64,000 bases of DNA from Acidimicrobiaceae bacterium (lineage in GTDB: Bacteria; Actinomycetota; Acidimicrobiia; Acidimicrobiales; Aldehydirespiratoraceae), in assembly GCA_009835735.1 (NCBI GenBank), contig VXWX01000010.1, positions 29,772-93,771 of the forward strand, in the 5' to 3' direction. Shown in pieces: positions 34,752 through 44,039 of this stretch. The notes below the pieces were generated by a model. The model was not told the origin of the DNA. It saw only the letters and a list, made by a program, of their open reading frames with translations, and made no database searches. Position 1 is the stretch's first letter. Each line of letters begins with the position of its first letter. The translations under genes were made by a program, and so were the position numbers.

Positions 34752-36236
34752 CTACCGGCCACCGACCCGCTCGCAACCTTCGTATATAATCCCCTTTTTT
34801 ACCTTGCCCAGCGACGTGCGCGGCAGGTCGTCGACGAAGATCCACTCTCGTGGCCGCTTGTAGACCGCAAGCCGCTGCCCGCACCATTGCTCGAGGGTCG
34901 CCGCATCGGGCAGCGCCCCGGCTTCAGGGACTATGTAGGCCGCCGGCACCTCGCCCCAGCGCTGGTCGGGCCGTCCGATGACGGCTGCCTGGGCCACCGC
35001 GGGATGTTCGCCCAGTACCCGCTCCACCTCCGCGGGATAGACGTTCTCCCCGCCGGAGATGATGAGCTCGCGGACGCGGCCGGTGATGTAGACGAATCCG
35101 TCTTCGTCGAGGCGGCCGACATCCCCGGTCCGGTACCACCCGCCCGCGAAGGCTCGGGCTGTTTCGTCGGGACGGTTCCAGTAGTGGGTGAACAGGTTGG
35201 GCCCCCGCAGCCACAGCTCCCCCGTCCGGCCCGGCGCGACGTCGGCTCCAGCGGCGTCGACGAGCCGTAGCTGGCAGTGCTGTGCGGGTCGACCGCATGA
35301 GCCGATCCGATCCGCGTCGCCGTAGCCGAGGACGACCGCGGTCGGGCCGGTCTCGGTCGACCCATAGACCTGCACGACCCGCACGCCGTAGGCGTTGAAG
35401 CGCCGGATGAGTTCTTCGGGAACGATCGAGGACCCGCAGTTGAGAGCACCGAGGGAGCTGAGGTCTTCGGGGGTCAGCGCGCCGCAGCCCAGTAGGGCCT
35501 CCATGGCCGTCGGCACGAGCAACAGGTGCGTCGGTCGATGGCGGCGCAGGATCGCCACGAGGCCGTCGGGATCGAACCTCTCGGCCAGCACGACCGCGCC
35601 GCCGGCAAAGAGGCAGGGGACGGTCTGGATGTTGAGCCCGCCGACATGGAACAGCGGCAGGACCGAGGCGACGACCGAGCCGGTGCCGAACCCCTCGTGA
35701 GCCACCCCGTTCAACACGGTGTAGTGGAGCGACCGCTGCGTCAGCACCGCACCCTTGGGCGTGCCGGTCGTGCCCGATGTGTAGACCAGCAGCAAGGGGT
35801 GCTCCGGTGCGCCCTTCTCCTGAGCGCCCGGTACGGCGTCGAGAGCCTGAGCGGCGAAGGCATCAAGATCTTCTGGTTCGGTGCCGGCACGGCGGAGCAG
35901 GTCCTCAAGGGCCGGCTCGGCCAAGACTACGGACGGCTCGCAGTCCCCAAGCTGGAAGCGAACCTCGGGAGCGGTCAGCCGGTTGTTGACAGGAACCAGG
36001 ATCGCTCCCACGTGGGCGCAGGCGAAGAGCAGTTCCAGCATTTCAACGCGATTGAGGGCGCACACCGCCACGCGGTCGCCCACATCCACGTCGCGGCTGC
36101 GAAGTTGCGCCGCCATGCCTCGAACTCGGGCAGCCAACCCGGCATAAGTGACCTGCCCGCGATCGCTGACGACGGCCGTGCGCTGCGGCGTCCACTGGGC
36201 CCAGTGATCGATCCAGCCGAAGATGCTCGCTCTCAT
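34752..36236 (-). CDS. AMP-dependent acyl-CoA synthetase, extreme C-terminus replaced by IS sequence
   Basis: YTSGTTGTPKG, YGSTE, YRTGD, SGGENVYP, LPRTSLGK. The native tail lies at 32088-32141. Confidence 0.92.
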   Translation of the reverse strand: MRASIFGWIDHWAQWTPQRTAVVSDRGQVTYAGLAARVRGMAAQLRSRDVDVGDRVAVCALNRVEMLELLFACAHVGAILVPVNNRLTAPEVRFQLGDCEPSVVLAEPALEDLLRRAGTEPEDLDAFAAQALDAVPGAQEKGAPEHPLLLVYTSGTTGTPKGAVLTQRSLHYTVLNGVAHEGFGTGSVVASVLPLFHVGGLNIQTVPCLFAGGAVVLAERFDPDGLVAILRRHRPTHLLLVPTAMEALLGCGALTPEDLSSLGALNCGSSIVPEELIRRFNAYGVRVVQVYGSTETGPTAVVLGYGDADRIGSCGRPAQHCQLRLVDAAGADVAPGRTGELWLRGPNLFTHYWNRPDETARAFAGGWYRTGDVGRLDEDGFVYITGRVRELIISGGENVYPAEVERVLGEHPAVAQAAVIGRPDQRWGEVPAAYIVPEAGALPDAATLEQWCGQRLAVYKRPREWIFVDDLPRTSLGKVKKGIIYEGCERVGGR

Positions 36237-36259
36237 CGCCGGGCCGCGCCCAAGAGCTG

Positions 36260-36727
36260 CTATTCCATCCGGGCGAGCGCCACCGACAGGACGGCGTCGA
36301 TGATCTTGCTGTACCCGGTGCAGCGGCAGAGATTGCCGGCCAAGCCTTCACGTATGGCGGCACCGTCCGGTTCCACGCCGTCGCGCAGCAGCTGTTCGGC
36401 GGCCACAACCATGCCCGGAGTGCAGAACCCGCACTGGGCGGCGCCGTGGGTGACGAAGGCCTCCTGCAGGTCGTTCATCATCCGCCCGCGTCCCGCGATC
36501 CCCTCGATGGTGGTGATTTCGGCACCGTCGATCTGTCCGACGGTCTGCAGGCACGACACCACCGATCTACCGTCGACGATCACGGTGCATGCGCCGCAGT
36601 CGCCGGTGAGGCATCCCCACTTCGTGCCGATCAGGTGGAGTTGCCCGCGCAGCACCGACAGCAAGGTGTCGGACGGATCAACCGGCCGGACCACGGGATC
36701 GCCGTTGACGGTGATGCTGATCCTCAT
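36260..36727 (-). CDS. Mo-hydroxylase small [2Fe-2S] subunit
   Basis: GCLTGDCGACT, QCGFCTPG, NLCRCTGY. Confidence 0.93.
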   Translation of the reverse strand: MRISITVNGDPVVRPVDPSDTLLSVLRGQLHLIGTKWGCLTGDCGACTVIVDGRSVVSCLQTVGQIDGAEITTIEGIAGRGRMMNDLQEAFVTHGAAQCGFCTPGMVVAAEQLLRDGVEPDGAAIREGLAGNLCRCTGYSKIIDAVLSVALARME

Positions 36728-37659
36728 GCCCTCGCCCCCGAGGAAGCCGCGGCCGGCGCCCGACCGTTCACCGGAGCCAGCCCACCCGGCCACAGCCCTG
36801 CGGCCCTGGCGTGGGCGATCGACAGGGCCCTCGCTGCCAGCACCCCGGCGACGTGGCGGCGATGCTCGGCCGTTCCGCGGGTGTCGCTGATCGGTTCGCA
36901 TGCGGCCGACGCGGCCGCGCTCACTGCGCCGAGTCGCTCGGTTGTGGGTGGCGCGCCGGCCAGCAGCGATTCGAGTCCGGGTACCAGCACCGCGGTGGGT
37001 GCGACTGCGCCGAGCGCCACCCGCGCCTCCTGGACTGCTGCCTCGCGGCCCGTTCTGTCAGTCAGGACCCAGGCAGCGACGCCAACTCCGGCGAGATCCA
37101 TCGCCCAGCGGACCGTCTGGCGCAGATAGCACGAGCCGCTGAGGGCAGGAGCCCGCAGGCGCACGTTCGTCAGGATCTCGCCGGTCCCCAGGATCGTGGT
37201 CCGGGGTCCGGTGGCGAAGTCAGCGACAGCCTGCCGACGCTCGCCGTTAGGGCCCTGGATCGCCGCGACGGCGTCGTGAACCATCAGCGGCGGCGCCAGT
37301 TCAGCGGCTGGAGAGGCGGTGCAGAGATTCCCGCCCAGCGTGGCCATGTTGCGGATCTGCACCGAGCCGAGGACCCTGGCCGCCTCGGCCAGAGCCGAGG
37401 CTCGGACGATGACCGCCGGATCGGATTCGATCTCCCTGACAGTGGCCGTCGCGCCGAGGTGCAGCTCGTCGCCATCCCAGCGAACGCCCCGGAGTTCGTC
37501 GATTCCGGTCACGTCCACCAGCGGCGCCTGGGGATCGGCGCGACCGAGCCGGCGGTCGATCACCAGATCGGTGCCGCCCGCGATGACCACCGCCTCCGGA
37601 TTGCCGGCCAGGAATGCCACGGCCTCTCGCACCGACCCCGGCCGGTAGTAGCCGTTCAC
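36724..37659 (-). CDS. Mo-hydroxylase FAD subunit
   Basis: IAGGTDL, QIRNMATLGGNL..ASPAAE; GTG 37659. Confidence 0.92.
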   Translation of the reverse strand: MNGYYRPGSVREAVAFLAGNPEAVVIAGGTDLVIDRRLGRADPQAPLVDVTGIDELRGVRWDGDELHLGATATVREIESDPAVIVRASALAEAARVLGSVQIRNMATLGGNLCTASPAAELAPPLMVHDAVAAIQGPNGERRQAVADFATGPRTTILGTGEILTNVRLRAPALSGSCYLRQTVRWAMDLAGVGVAAWVLTDRTGREAAVQEARVALGAVAPTAVLVPGLESLLAGAPPTTERLGAVSAAASAACEPISDTRGTAEHRRHVAGVLAARALSIAHARAAGLWPGGLAPVNGRAPAAASSGARA

Positions 37660-39980
37660 CGTGCGTTCTCGTCCGGCACGGGATGCGGGTGCTTGTCCAC
37701 ATGGGAGCGCTCGCCGGTCTCGATCCATCGGCGCAGCCTCCAGGGCCGGATCGGATAGGACCGGGGCCGCACCCCTACCGCGTCGGCCACTGCGTTGGCG
37801 ATCGCCGCGGGGGGAAGAATGATCCCTCCCTCGCCGATCCCCTTGGCACCGAAGGGTCCGAGTTCGTCGGCGGTCTCGATGAGGGTCACATCGATCGGTG
37901 GGGCGTCCATGGCGGTGGGCATGCCGTAGTCGTGGAGGTTCGGCGCCGGGAACCGGCCGTCCTCCACGGGGAGTTCCTCGCTCAGCGCGAGGCCGACGCC
38001 CATGACCGCGCCGCCCTCGATCTGGCCCTCGCAGCTCATGGGGTTGATGGCCCGTCCCACGTCGTGCGCGGCCCACAGCCCGAGGACCCGCACCATCCCG
38101 GTGTCCGGGTCGACCTCGACCTCGGCCACATGAGCCCCGAAGCCGTAACTGGCGGAGATGTTGCCGATGTGGTTCTCGTCCTGGCGCTGGGTGGGTGGGT
38201 CATAGAAGGCAGAGGTCATGATGATCGAGCTGCCCTCTCGCAGCAGCCGCCGGCGCACGGCCTTCTCGTAGCGCAGGGTTGCGGTGGGCTCTCCGGGCAC
38301 CGAGATGACCCCGTCCCGGATGGTGAGCGACCGGGCCGGACGGTCGAGCACCTCTGCTGCCGCCTCCAGGAGCTCGTCGCGGGCCTTGGCCGCGGCCATG
38401 CGGGCCGCGTTGCCGGCGACGAAGGTGGTACGGCTGGCGTGAACGCCCACATCCCAGGGCTTGACGTCGGTGTCGTCGTGGCTGACGCTGACCGCTTCGA
38501 GCGGCACCCCCAGCGTCTCAGCCACGATCATGGCGAGCGCCGTCTCGGAACCCTGCCCGAGTTCCGAGGATCCGGAGATGAGGGCGACTCGTCCCGAGTC
38601 GTCGATCTTGATCATGGCCCCGCAGCCGTCCGATCCGTAGATGCGGGCACCGCCGCCGACGTGCACATACGCCGCCGCGCCGAGCCCCCGGTGCTGGCTG
38701 CGCATCCGGCCGCGGCGCTGGTCCCAGCCGGACTTGCGTCTCACCGTCTCCAGGCACTCACTGAGCCCGCAGGACGTGATCTCCAGGCCTTGGGGGGTCA
38801 CGTCGCCGGGGCGGTTGGCGTTCTTGAGCCTCAGGTCCATCGGGTCCATGCCCAGGGCGTCGGCCAGTTCCTCCATCTGCTGCTCGACTGCGAATGTGGC
38901 CTGGGGATTGCCGAAGCCCCTCACCGAGCCGCCGTAGTTCTTGTTGGTGTAGACGACTTTGGCGGCCAGCCGCGACGTGCCGACCCGGTACATGGAGGTG
39001 ACGGTGTTCATCGCCACCAGCAGCGCGTGCGAGCCCCAGGCGTTGTAGGCGCCATTGTCGGAGACGACCTCGGCGTGGCGAAACTGCAGGGTGCCGTCGG
39101 CGGCGGCGCCCGTTCGCAGCCGGAAGTGGATCGGCTGGCGGGTGCGGGTGCCGGTGAACTCTTCCTCGCGGCTCATGGCCAGCTTGACCGGACGCCCGGC
39201 AGCCCTGGCGAGCATCACCGCGATGAAGTCGTGGGCGTCGATGTCGATCTTGCCGCCGAAGCTCCCGCCTACTGGGGGCTGCCTCACGGTGACGCGCCGC
39301 CAGTCCAGTCCGAGGCAGTCGGCCAGCTCCTTGCGGTACATGAACACCATGTGCACCGGGCTGATGACCTCCAGGTGGCCGTCAGCATCGAAGCCAGCGA
39401 TGACCACATGCGTCTCGATCGGCGCGGGAGCCGCCTGAGGGCTCGAGTAGCTGCCACTCACGATCACCGCCGACCGCCGCTCGGCCTCGGCCAGATCGCC
39501 GGTCTGGAAGTTCCACTCCATTGACACGTTGCCTTCGATGTCGAGCTCGTCGTGGATCCGGGGAGCGCCCGGTTGCAGGGCTTCGAAGGGATCGTCCACG
39601 GCGGGCAGCAACTCGTACTCCACGCTGATCAGGTCGAGGGCGCTCTGGGCGGTCGCCGCGTCCACGGCGGCGACGGCGGCCACCTCGTCCCCGACGCAGC
39701 GGACTACCCGGTCCTTGAGCGGGATGTTGTCGTGGCCGTACCCGAACGGTCGCTGGGTGACGTTGCCGGCGTGGACCACCGCATAGACGCCCGGGACGGC
39801 TTCCGCCGCGGAGGCGTCGACGCTCAGGATCCGGGCATGGGGATACGGGCTGCGCTTGATGGCCCCGGCCAGCAGCCCGCTCATCTTCAGGTCGTCGGCG
39901 TAGGTGGTGCGCCCTGTGACCTTGTCGGGAGCATCGAGTTTCGGGATCCGCTTGCCCACGACTGCGTAGTCGGACCGCAT
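37656..39980 (-). CDS. Xanthine-dehydrogenase-family molybdopterin large subunit
   Basis: GGSFGGK, SVRGFG, ELGQG, GQIEG, PFGAKGIGE. Confidence 0.92.
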   Translation of the reverse strand: MRSDYAVVGKRIPKLDAPDKVTGRTTYADDLKMSGLLAGAIKRSPYPHARILSVDASAAEAVPGVYAVVHAGNVTQRPFGYGHDNIPLKDRVVRCVGDEVAAVAAVDAATAQSALDLISVEYELLPAVDDPFEALQPGAPRIHDELDIEGNVSMEWNFQTGDLAEAERRSAVIVSGSYSSPQAAPAPIETHVVIAGFDADGHLEVISPVHMVFMYRKELADCLGLDWRRVTVRQPPVGGSFGGKIDIDAHDFIAVMLARAAGRPVKLAMSREEEFTGTRTRQPIHFRLRTGAAADGTLQFRHAEVVSDNGAYNAWGSHALLVAMNTVTSMYRVGTSRLAAKVVYTNKNYGGSVRGFGNPQATFAVEQQMEELADALGMDPMDLRLKNANRPGDVTPQGLEITSCGLSECLETVRRKSGWDQRRGRMRSQHRGLGAAAYVHVGGGARIYGSDGCGAMIKIDDSGRVALISGSSELGQGSETALAMIVAETLGVPLEAVSVSHDDTDVKPWDVGVHASRTTFVAGNAARMAAAKARDELLEAAAEVLDRPARSLTIRDGVISVPGEPTATLRYEKAVRRRLLREGSSIIMTSAFYDPPTQRQDENHIGNISASYGFGAHVAEVEVDPDTGMVRVLGLWAAHDVGRAINPMSCEGQIEGGAVMGVGLALSEELPVEDGRFPAPNLHDYGMPTAMDAPPIDVTLIETADELGPFGAKGIGEGGIILPPAAIANAVADAVGVRPRSYPIRPWRLRRWIETGERSHVDKHPHPVPDENAR

Positions 39981-39995
39981 TGACCGGCGAGTATG

Positions 39996-40013
39996 TTTCA
40001 ATATGTAGTGACA
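39996..40013. promoter_or_regulatory. 18-bp operator C in the divergent promoter
   Basis: TTTCAATATGTAGTGACA, related to operators A and B. Confidence 0.5.
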
Positions 40014-40064
40014 TGTCAAACTTATTGCGCCGCGGTCGACCGGGTGTGCCGTGCGCGTTGAGCC

Positions 40065-42098
40065 GTGGCTGAGACTCCGGACCTGAACCCGCTATTCCTG
40101 CCCCGGTCAGTGGCGGTGTACGGCGCTTCTACCCGGGATCCGTCCAGACTCGGGAACCGCCTGCTGCGCAATGCCATCGGTTCGGCATTGGACAAGGTGA
40201 GGGTGATCAGCCCGACCTCTGGCACCGCTGAGGGGCTACGCACCACTCGTTCACTGGCCGGTGGTGTGGACCTGGCGTTGATCTCCGTGCCGGCGGTGTC
40301 CGTGGAGGCCGCCATGAATGACGCCGCGGCCGGAGGCGCACGGGCCGCGATCGTGCTGACGTCCGGTTTCGCCGAGACAGGCCAGGAGGGTCGGGCTGCT
40401 CAAGAACGGCTCCGAGCAATCGCTTCCGGAGCGGGAATGCGGTTCCTGGGCCCCAACTGCATGGGGGTGATCAGCCGGCTGGACGGCGGGCGGTGGATGA
40501 ACGGCTCCTACTTCTGGGACGTCGACCTCGCGCCGGGCGGGGTGACCATGCTCAGCCAGTCCGGCGCGTTCGGCGGCATGTTCCTCGCGGAGATGAGCCG
40601 GAGGGGTCTGGGAGTCTGCCGGTTCGCCAGCCTCGGCAATGCTGCCGACGTTGACGAGACACAGGTCTTGCGGTGGCTCGCCCAGGACGACCAGACCAGG
40701 GTCATCGGCCTCTTCGCGGAGGCGCTGTCCGGAGGCCGCGGCTTCGTTGAGACAGTGAGTTCGATATCGGCCCAGAGACCGGTAGTGGTGCTGAAGGCCG
40801 GCAAGACAGCCACCGGCGCCCGGGCCGCCATCAGCCACACCGGCTCCATCGCCGGCGCCCACGGAGCGGCGGCGGCCGCACTCAGGCGAGCAGGCGCGAT
40901 GGAGGCGCAGACGGCCGACGAGTTCTTCGACCTGCTGGCAGTGGCCGCCTCCCCCATGCATCCCCCCGCCGGTCCGCGACTAGCCGTCGTGACGATCTCG
41001 GGGGGACCGTCAGTGCTGGCCGCCGACGAGGCAGAACGGCTGGGCCTCGTCCTGCCACGGCTGGCTGACTCGACGCTGAGGGCCCTCAAGGCCGTCGTGC
41101 CCTCGTTCGCCGCGACCGGCAACCCTGTCGATCTCACCCCTCAATGCCCACCTGAGGCGTACGCGCCCGCTGTGAATGCGGTCTACCGCGACCCGACCGT
41201 CGACGGAGTTGTGGTGATCGACTGCGGCCTCGACGTCGTAGAGCTCGCTGACGGCGTGGCCGCAGCCCACAAGCACACCGGCAAGCCGACGGTGGCATTC
41301 ACAACCGACACGCCCATCGTGTCCGGGAGGCTCGCGGCGGCCGGTGTACCCCTGCTGCCCTCGCCCGAACGGGCGGTGAGAGCCTTCGCGTCACTGATGC
41401 GACGATCGCCGAGACAGCGCTCGATGCGCGGGACGGGCCGACCGGAGCCCGAAGCAAGCACAGCTGAGCCCCGAGACCTCACGGCTCTGACGGAATGGGA
41501 GTCCAAGCAGAGGCTGCGCGGCCTTCCCCTGGTTCCGGAGCGTCGGACCAGATCGCCGGCCGAAGCCGCCCGCGCCGTCGCGGAGCTGCGAGCCCCGCTC
41601 GTCGCGAAGGCCTCCGGCGTCGCCCACAAGTCGGAACAAGGCCTAGTGAGGTTGGACCTGTCCCCCGAAGAGGTTCTCGACGTCTGGCAGGAGCTTGCCG
41701 ACACAGGCGACGGGGCCGTCCTCGTTGCCGAGTTCATCCGAGGCGAGCTGGAACTCGTTGTCGGTGGTCTTCGCGATCCGCACTTCGGGCCGGCCGTCAC
41801 GATCGGGCTGGGAGGCACAGCGGCCGAGATCCTCGACGACACCGTCACCGTCCTCGTCCCGCCCGAGCCGGGAGAGGTCGAGTCCGCGGTCAGGGCGCTC
41901 AAGGGTGCTCCGCTGCTCCACGGCTACCGGGGCGCCAACCCCCTAGACCTCGACGCGCTCGAGGCAATCGTCCAAGCCGTGGCCGACGCCCTCGACAAGC
42001 AGGACGAGATCATCGAGATCGACTGCAACCCCGTGATCATCTGCGGAGGCTCTCCGAGAGTCGCAGACGCCCTAGTGGTCATCAGACGCTCTGATTAA
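40065..42098 (+). CDS. ADP-forming acyl/aryl-CoA ligase (fused alpha-beta)
   Basis: GPNCMG, SQSG, SLGN, SHTGS, NPVD; ATP-grasp HKSE..G. Confidence 0.88.
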   Translation: MAETPDLNPLFLPRSVAVYGASTRDPSRLGNRLLRNAIGSALDKVRVISPTSGTAEGLRTTRSLAGGVDLALISVPAVSVEAAMNDAAAGGARAAIVLTSGFAETGQEGRAAQERLRAIASGAGMRFLGPNCMGVISRLDGGRWMNGSYFWDVDLAPGGVTMLSQSGAFGGMFLAEMSRRGLGVCRFASLGNAADVDETQVLRWLAQDDQTRVIGLFAEALSGGRGFVETVSSISAQRPVVVLKAGKTATGARAAISHTGSIAGAHGAAAAALRRAGAMEAQTADEFFDLLAVAASPMHPPAGPRLAVVTISGGPSVLAADEAERLGLVLPRLADSTLRALKAVVPSFAATGNPVDLTPQCPPEAYAPAVNAVYRDPTVDGVVVIDCGLDVVELADGVAAAHKHTGKPTVAFTTDTPIVSGRLAAAGVPLLPSPERAVRAFASLMRRSPRQRSMRGTGRPEPEASTAEPRDLTALTEWESKQRLRGLPLVPERRTRSPAEAARAVAELRAPLVAKASGVAHKSEQGLVRLDLSPEEVLDVWQELADTGDGAVLVAEFIRGELELVVGGLRDPHFGPAVTIGLGGTAAEILDDTVTVLVPPEPGEVESAVRALKGAPLLHGYRGANPLDLDALEAIVQAVADALDKQDEIIEIDCNPVIICGGSPRVADALVVIRRSD

Positions 42099-42161
42099 TA
42101 ATTCAACTAGTTGATACATCTTGAGAAGGCTTGCTCCCTTCTCGGGCTCCCCAGCGTCCCG

Positions 42162-42962
42162 TCAGCGGGCCAGGCGGGTTGACACGCGGCCCAGCGGACC
42201 CAGGTCGGCGGACACCTCGGCGCCGGGGCCGACCGGCCTCATCGGGCCGAGCGACCCGGTCATGAGGCACTCACCTGCTCGCAGGGGCGTGCCGCGCTCG
42301 CACATCACATCGGCCAGCCACACCGCGGCGTTCAGCGGGTTGCCGAGGCACGCAGCGCCGGTTCCTGTAGCGGCGAGTTCACCGTTGATCGTCATGCTCA
42401 TCTCGATGTCCCGCAGGTCCACGGCTTCGAGGCTCACCGGACGGGTACCCACCACATAGAGCCCGCAGCTGGCGTTGTCGGCGACGGTGTCGACGATGGT
42501 GATGTCCCACCCCGAGATGCGGCTGTCGACGATCTCCAGCGCAGGCAGCACATAGGCCGTCGCGTCGATGACGTCCACCACGCAGTGTCCGTCCTTGTCA
42601 AGGTCACGGTCGATGACCAGCGCCACCTCGGCCTCGACCCGGGGCTGCAGCAGCCGGCCCGCCTCGATGTCGGCGCCGTCAGCCAGGCACATATCAGCGA
42701 ACAGAACGCCATAGTCGGGCTGGTCCACGCCCAGCTGCTCCTGCACCACCTTGGCCGTGAGTCCGATCTTGTGGCCGCTCACCCGGCGGCCGGCGGCCAC
42801 ATCCAGCTCGACATTGTGCTGCTGCACTGCATAGGCGGCATCAACATCGGTCGATGTACCCAACACCTCGCGAACGGGGTCGCACGGCACACCGGTCTCC
42901 GCCGCTGTACGCAACTGATCCGCCGCGGCCTCAACCAGCTCCAGACTCATGCCTTCCATCAC
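42162..42962 (-). CDS. mhpD: 2-keto-4-pentenoate hydratase
   Basis: KIGLT, QPRVEAE, LEIVDSRI..WDI..DTVADNAS, ACLGNP. Confidence 0.85.
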   Translation of the reverse strand: MMEGMSLELVEAAADQLRTAAETGVPCDPVREVLGTSTDVDAAYAVQQHNVELDVAAGRRVSGHKIGLTAKVVQEQLGVDQPDYGVLFADMCLADGADIEAGRLLQPRVEAEVALVIDRDLDKDGHCVVDVIDATAYVLPALEIVDSRISGWDITIVDTVADNASCGLYVVGTRPVSLEAVDLRDIEMSMTINGELAATGTGAACLGNPLNAAVWLADVMCERGTPLRAGECLMTGSLGPMRPVGPGAEVSADLGPLGRVSTRLAR

Positions 42963-42999
42963 TCCCGCACCGGCCGGGTCACCCTGTCCCGGAGCGCAC

Positions 43000-43977
43000 T
43001 CAACCCGGGGAGCGGGTGATCTGGGCGGCGAGTGCCAGGTCCTCGGCCGCAGTGTTGAGATCGTTGACCGACACCTGGAACTCGTCGATCCTGTGGGCGT
43101 CCATCAGCGCCTTCAGCTCTGAACGGCACTCGTCCACCGATCCCGAGATCACGAAGGCGTCGACCCAGTCGTCGAGCACGAAGCGGGCCGCAGCCCCGGG
43201 CCCGCCCTCGGAGAGGCCCCGGCGGATGGACGCCTCGGTCCGGGCGTCCAGGCCGATCCGGGCCTTGATGTGGTCGGGGGAATCCACAAGACGGAACGTC
43301 AAGGCAGCCCGGGCTGCCTCGCGGGCCCGATCCGTCGTGGCCAGGATGGTCATGTAGCACAGCCTCGGGCGGGGACGGCCGTGCTCCTCGGCAGCCGCGC
43401 GGATCGCCCCGATGTGCTCGCCGATCAGCTCCTTGTGGACGAACGACAGGATGAAACCGTCGGCCAACTCTCCCGCCAGCCGCATCACCCTCGGGCCGCG
43501 CCCGGCCAGCCAGACGGGAATGTCGGGCCGGCCGTAGCCGAGGCGGGCTCGGCGGAACCCGCCAGCCACACCGGTGTGATCGACGGTCTCGCCCGACCAC
43601 AGCGCCCGGCTGGTCGTCACCAGCTCCCGCATGGCCGCGATCGGCGACCGGCGTTCGATGGCCAGCGCGGTGAGCGTGAGGGCCCCGCCCGCTCCGATCC
43701 CCAGCGCGGCCCGCCCACCGGAGGCCTCGTCCAGCGTGGCGACCGCCGCGGCGGTCATGCCCGGATGGCGGGTGTAGGCGTTGGTGATGCCGGTGCCGAC
43801 CTCCACCGAGCTTGTAGCCGCGGCGACCGCGCCCAAGGTCACCCAGCACTCCCTGGCCGCCAGACCCTCGTCGGGGATCCACACCCGGCTGCACCCCAGC
43901 GCCTCGGCGGCCACTGCGGCATTCACGACCTGGTCGACCGGTCCCTCGGGCATCACCATGCAAGCCAGCTCAACCAC
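43000..43977 (-). CDS. LLM-class (probably F420-dependent, Mer-like) oxidoreductase
   Basis: GTGITNAYTRHP, TLDEASGGRA.LGIGAG, GPR..LAGELADG. Confidence 0.85.
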   Translation of the reverse strand: MVELACMVMPEGPVDQVVNAAVAAEALGCSRVWIPDEGLAARECWVTLGAVAAATSSVEVGTGITNAYTRHPGMTAAAVATLDEASGGRAALGIGAGGALTLTALAIERRSPIAAMRELVTTSRALWSGETVDHTGVAGGFRRARLGYGRPDIPVWLAGRGPRVMRLAGELADGFILSFVHKELIGEHIGAIRAAAEEHGRPRPRLCYMTILATTDRAREAARAALTFRLVDSPDHIKARIGLDARTEASIRRGLSEGGPGAAARFVLDDWVDAFVISGSVDECRSELKALMDAHRIDEFQVSVNDLNTAAEDLALAAQITRSPG

Positions 43978-44039
43978 CGCGCCGACAATAGAGGCGCCCG
44001 GTCGGAACTGTGCGAACCGCGGTCTGCCATGCTCTATAC

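Larger units (their letters stand above)
32142..34794 (+). mobile_element. IS1595-family element with passenger genes
   Basis: IRL 32142-32165 gggaattatatacgaaggttgcga; IRR 34771-34794 (23/24 match); TSD TTTTTTAC at 32134-32141 and 34795-34802. Confidence 0.95.

Noticed and set aside
36260-39980. Aerobic CO dehydrogenase (coxLMS)
   Set aside because: The active-site loop is SVRGFG, not AYxCSFR, and there are no cox accessory genes.
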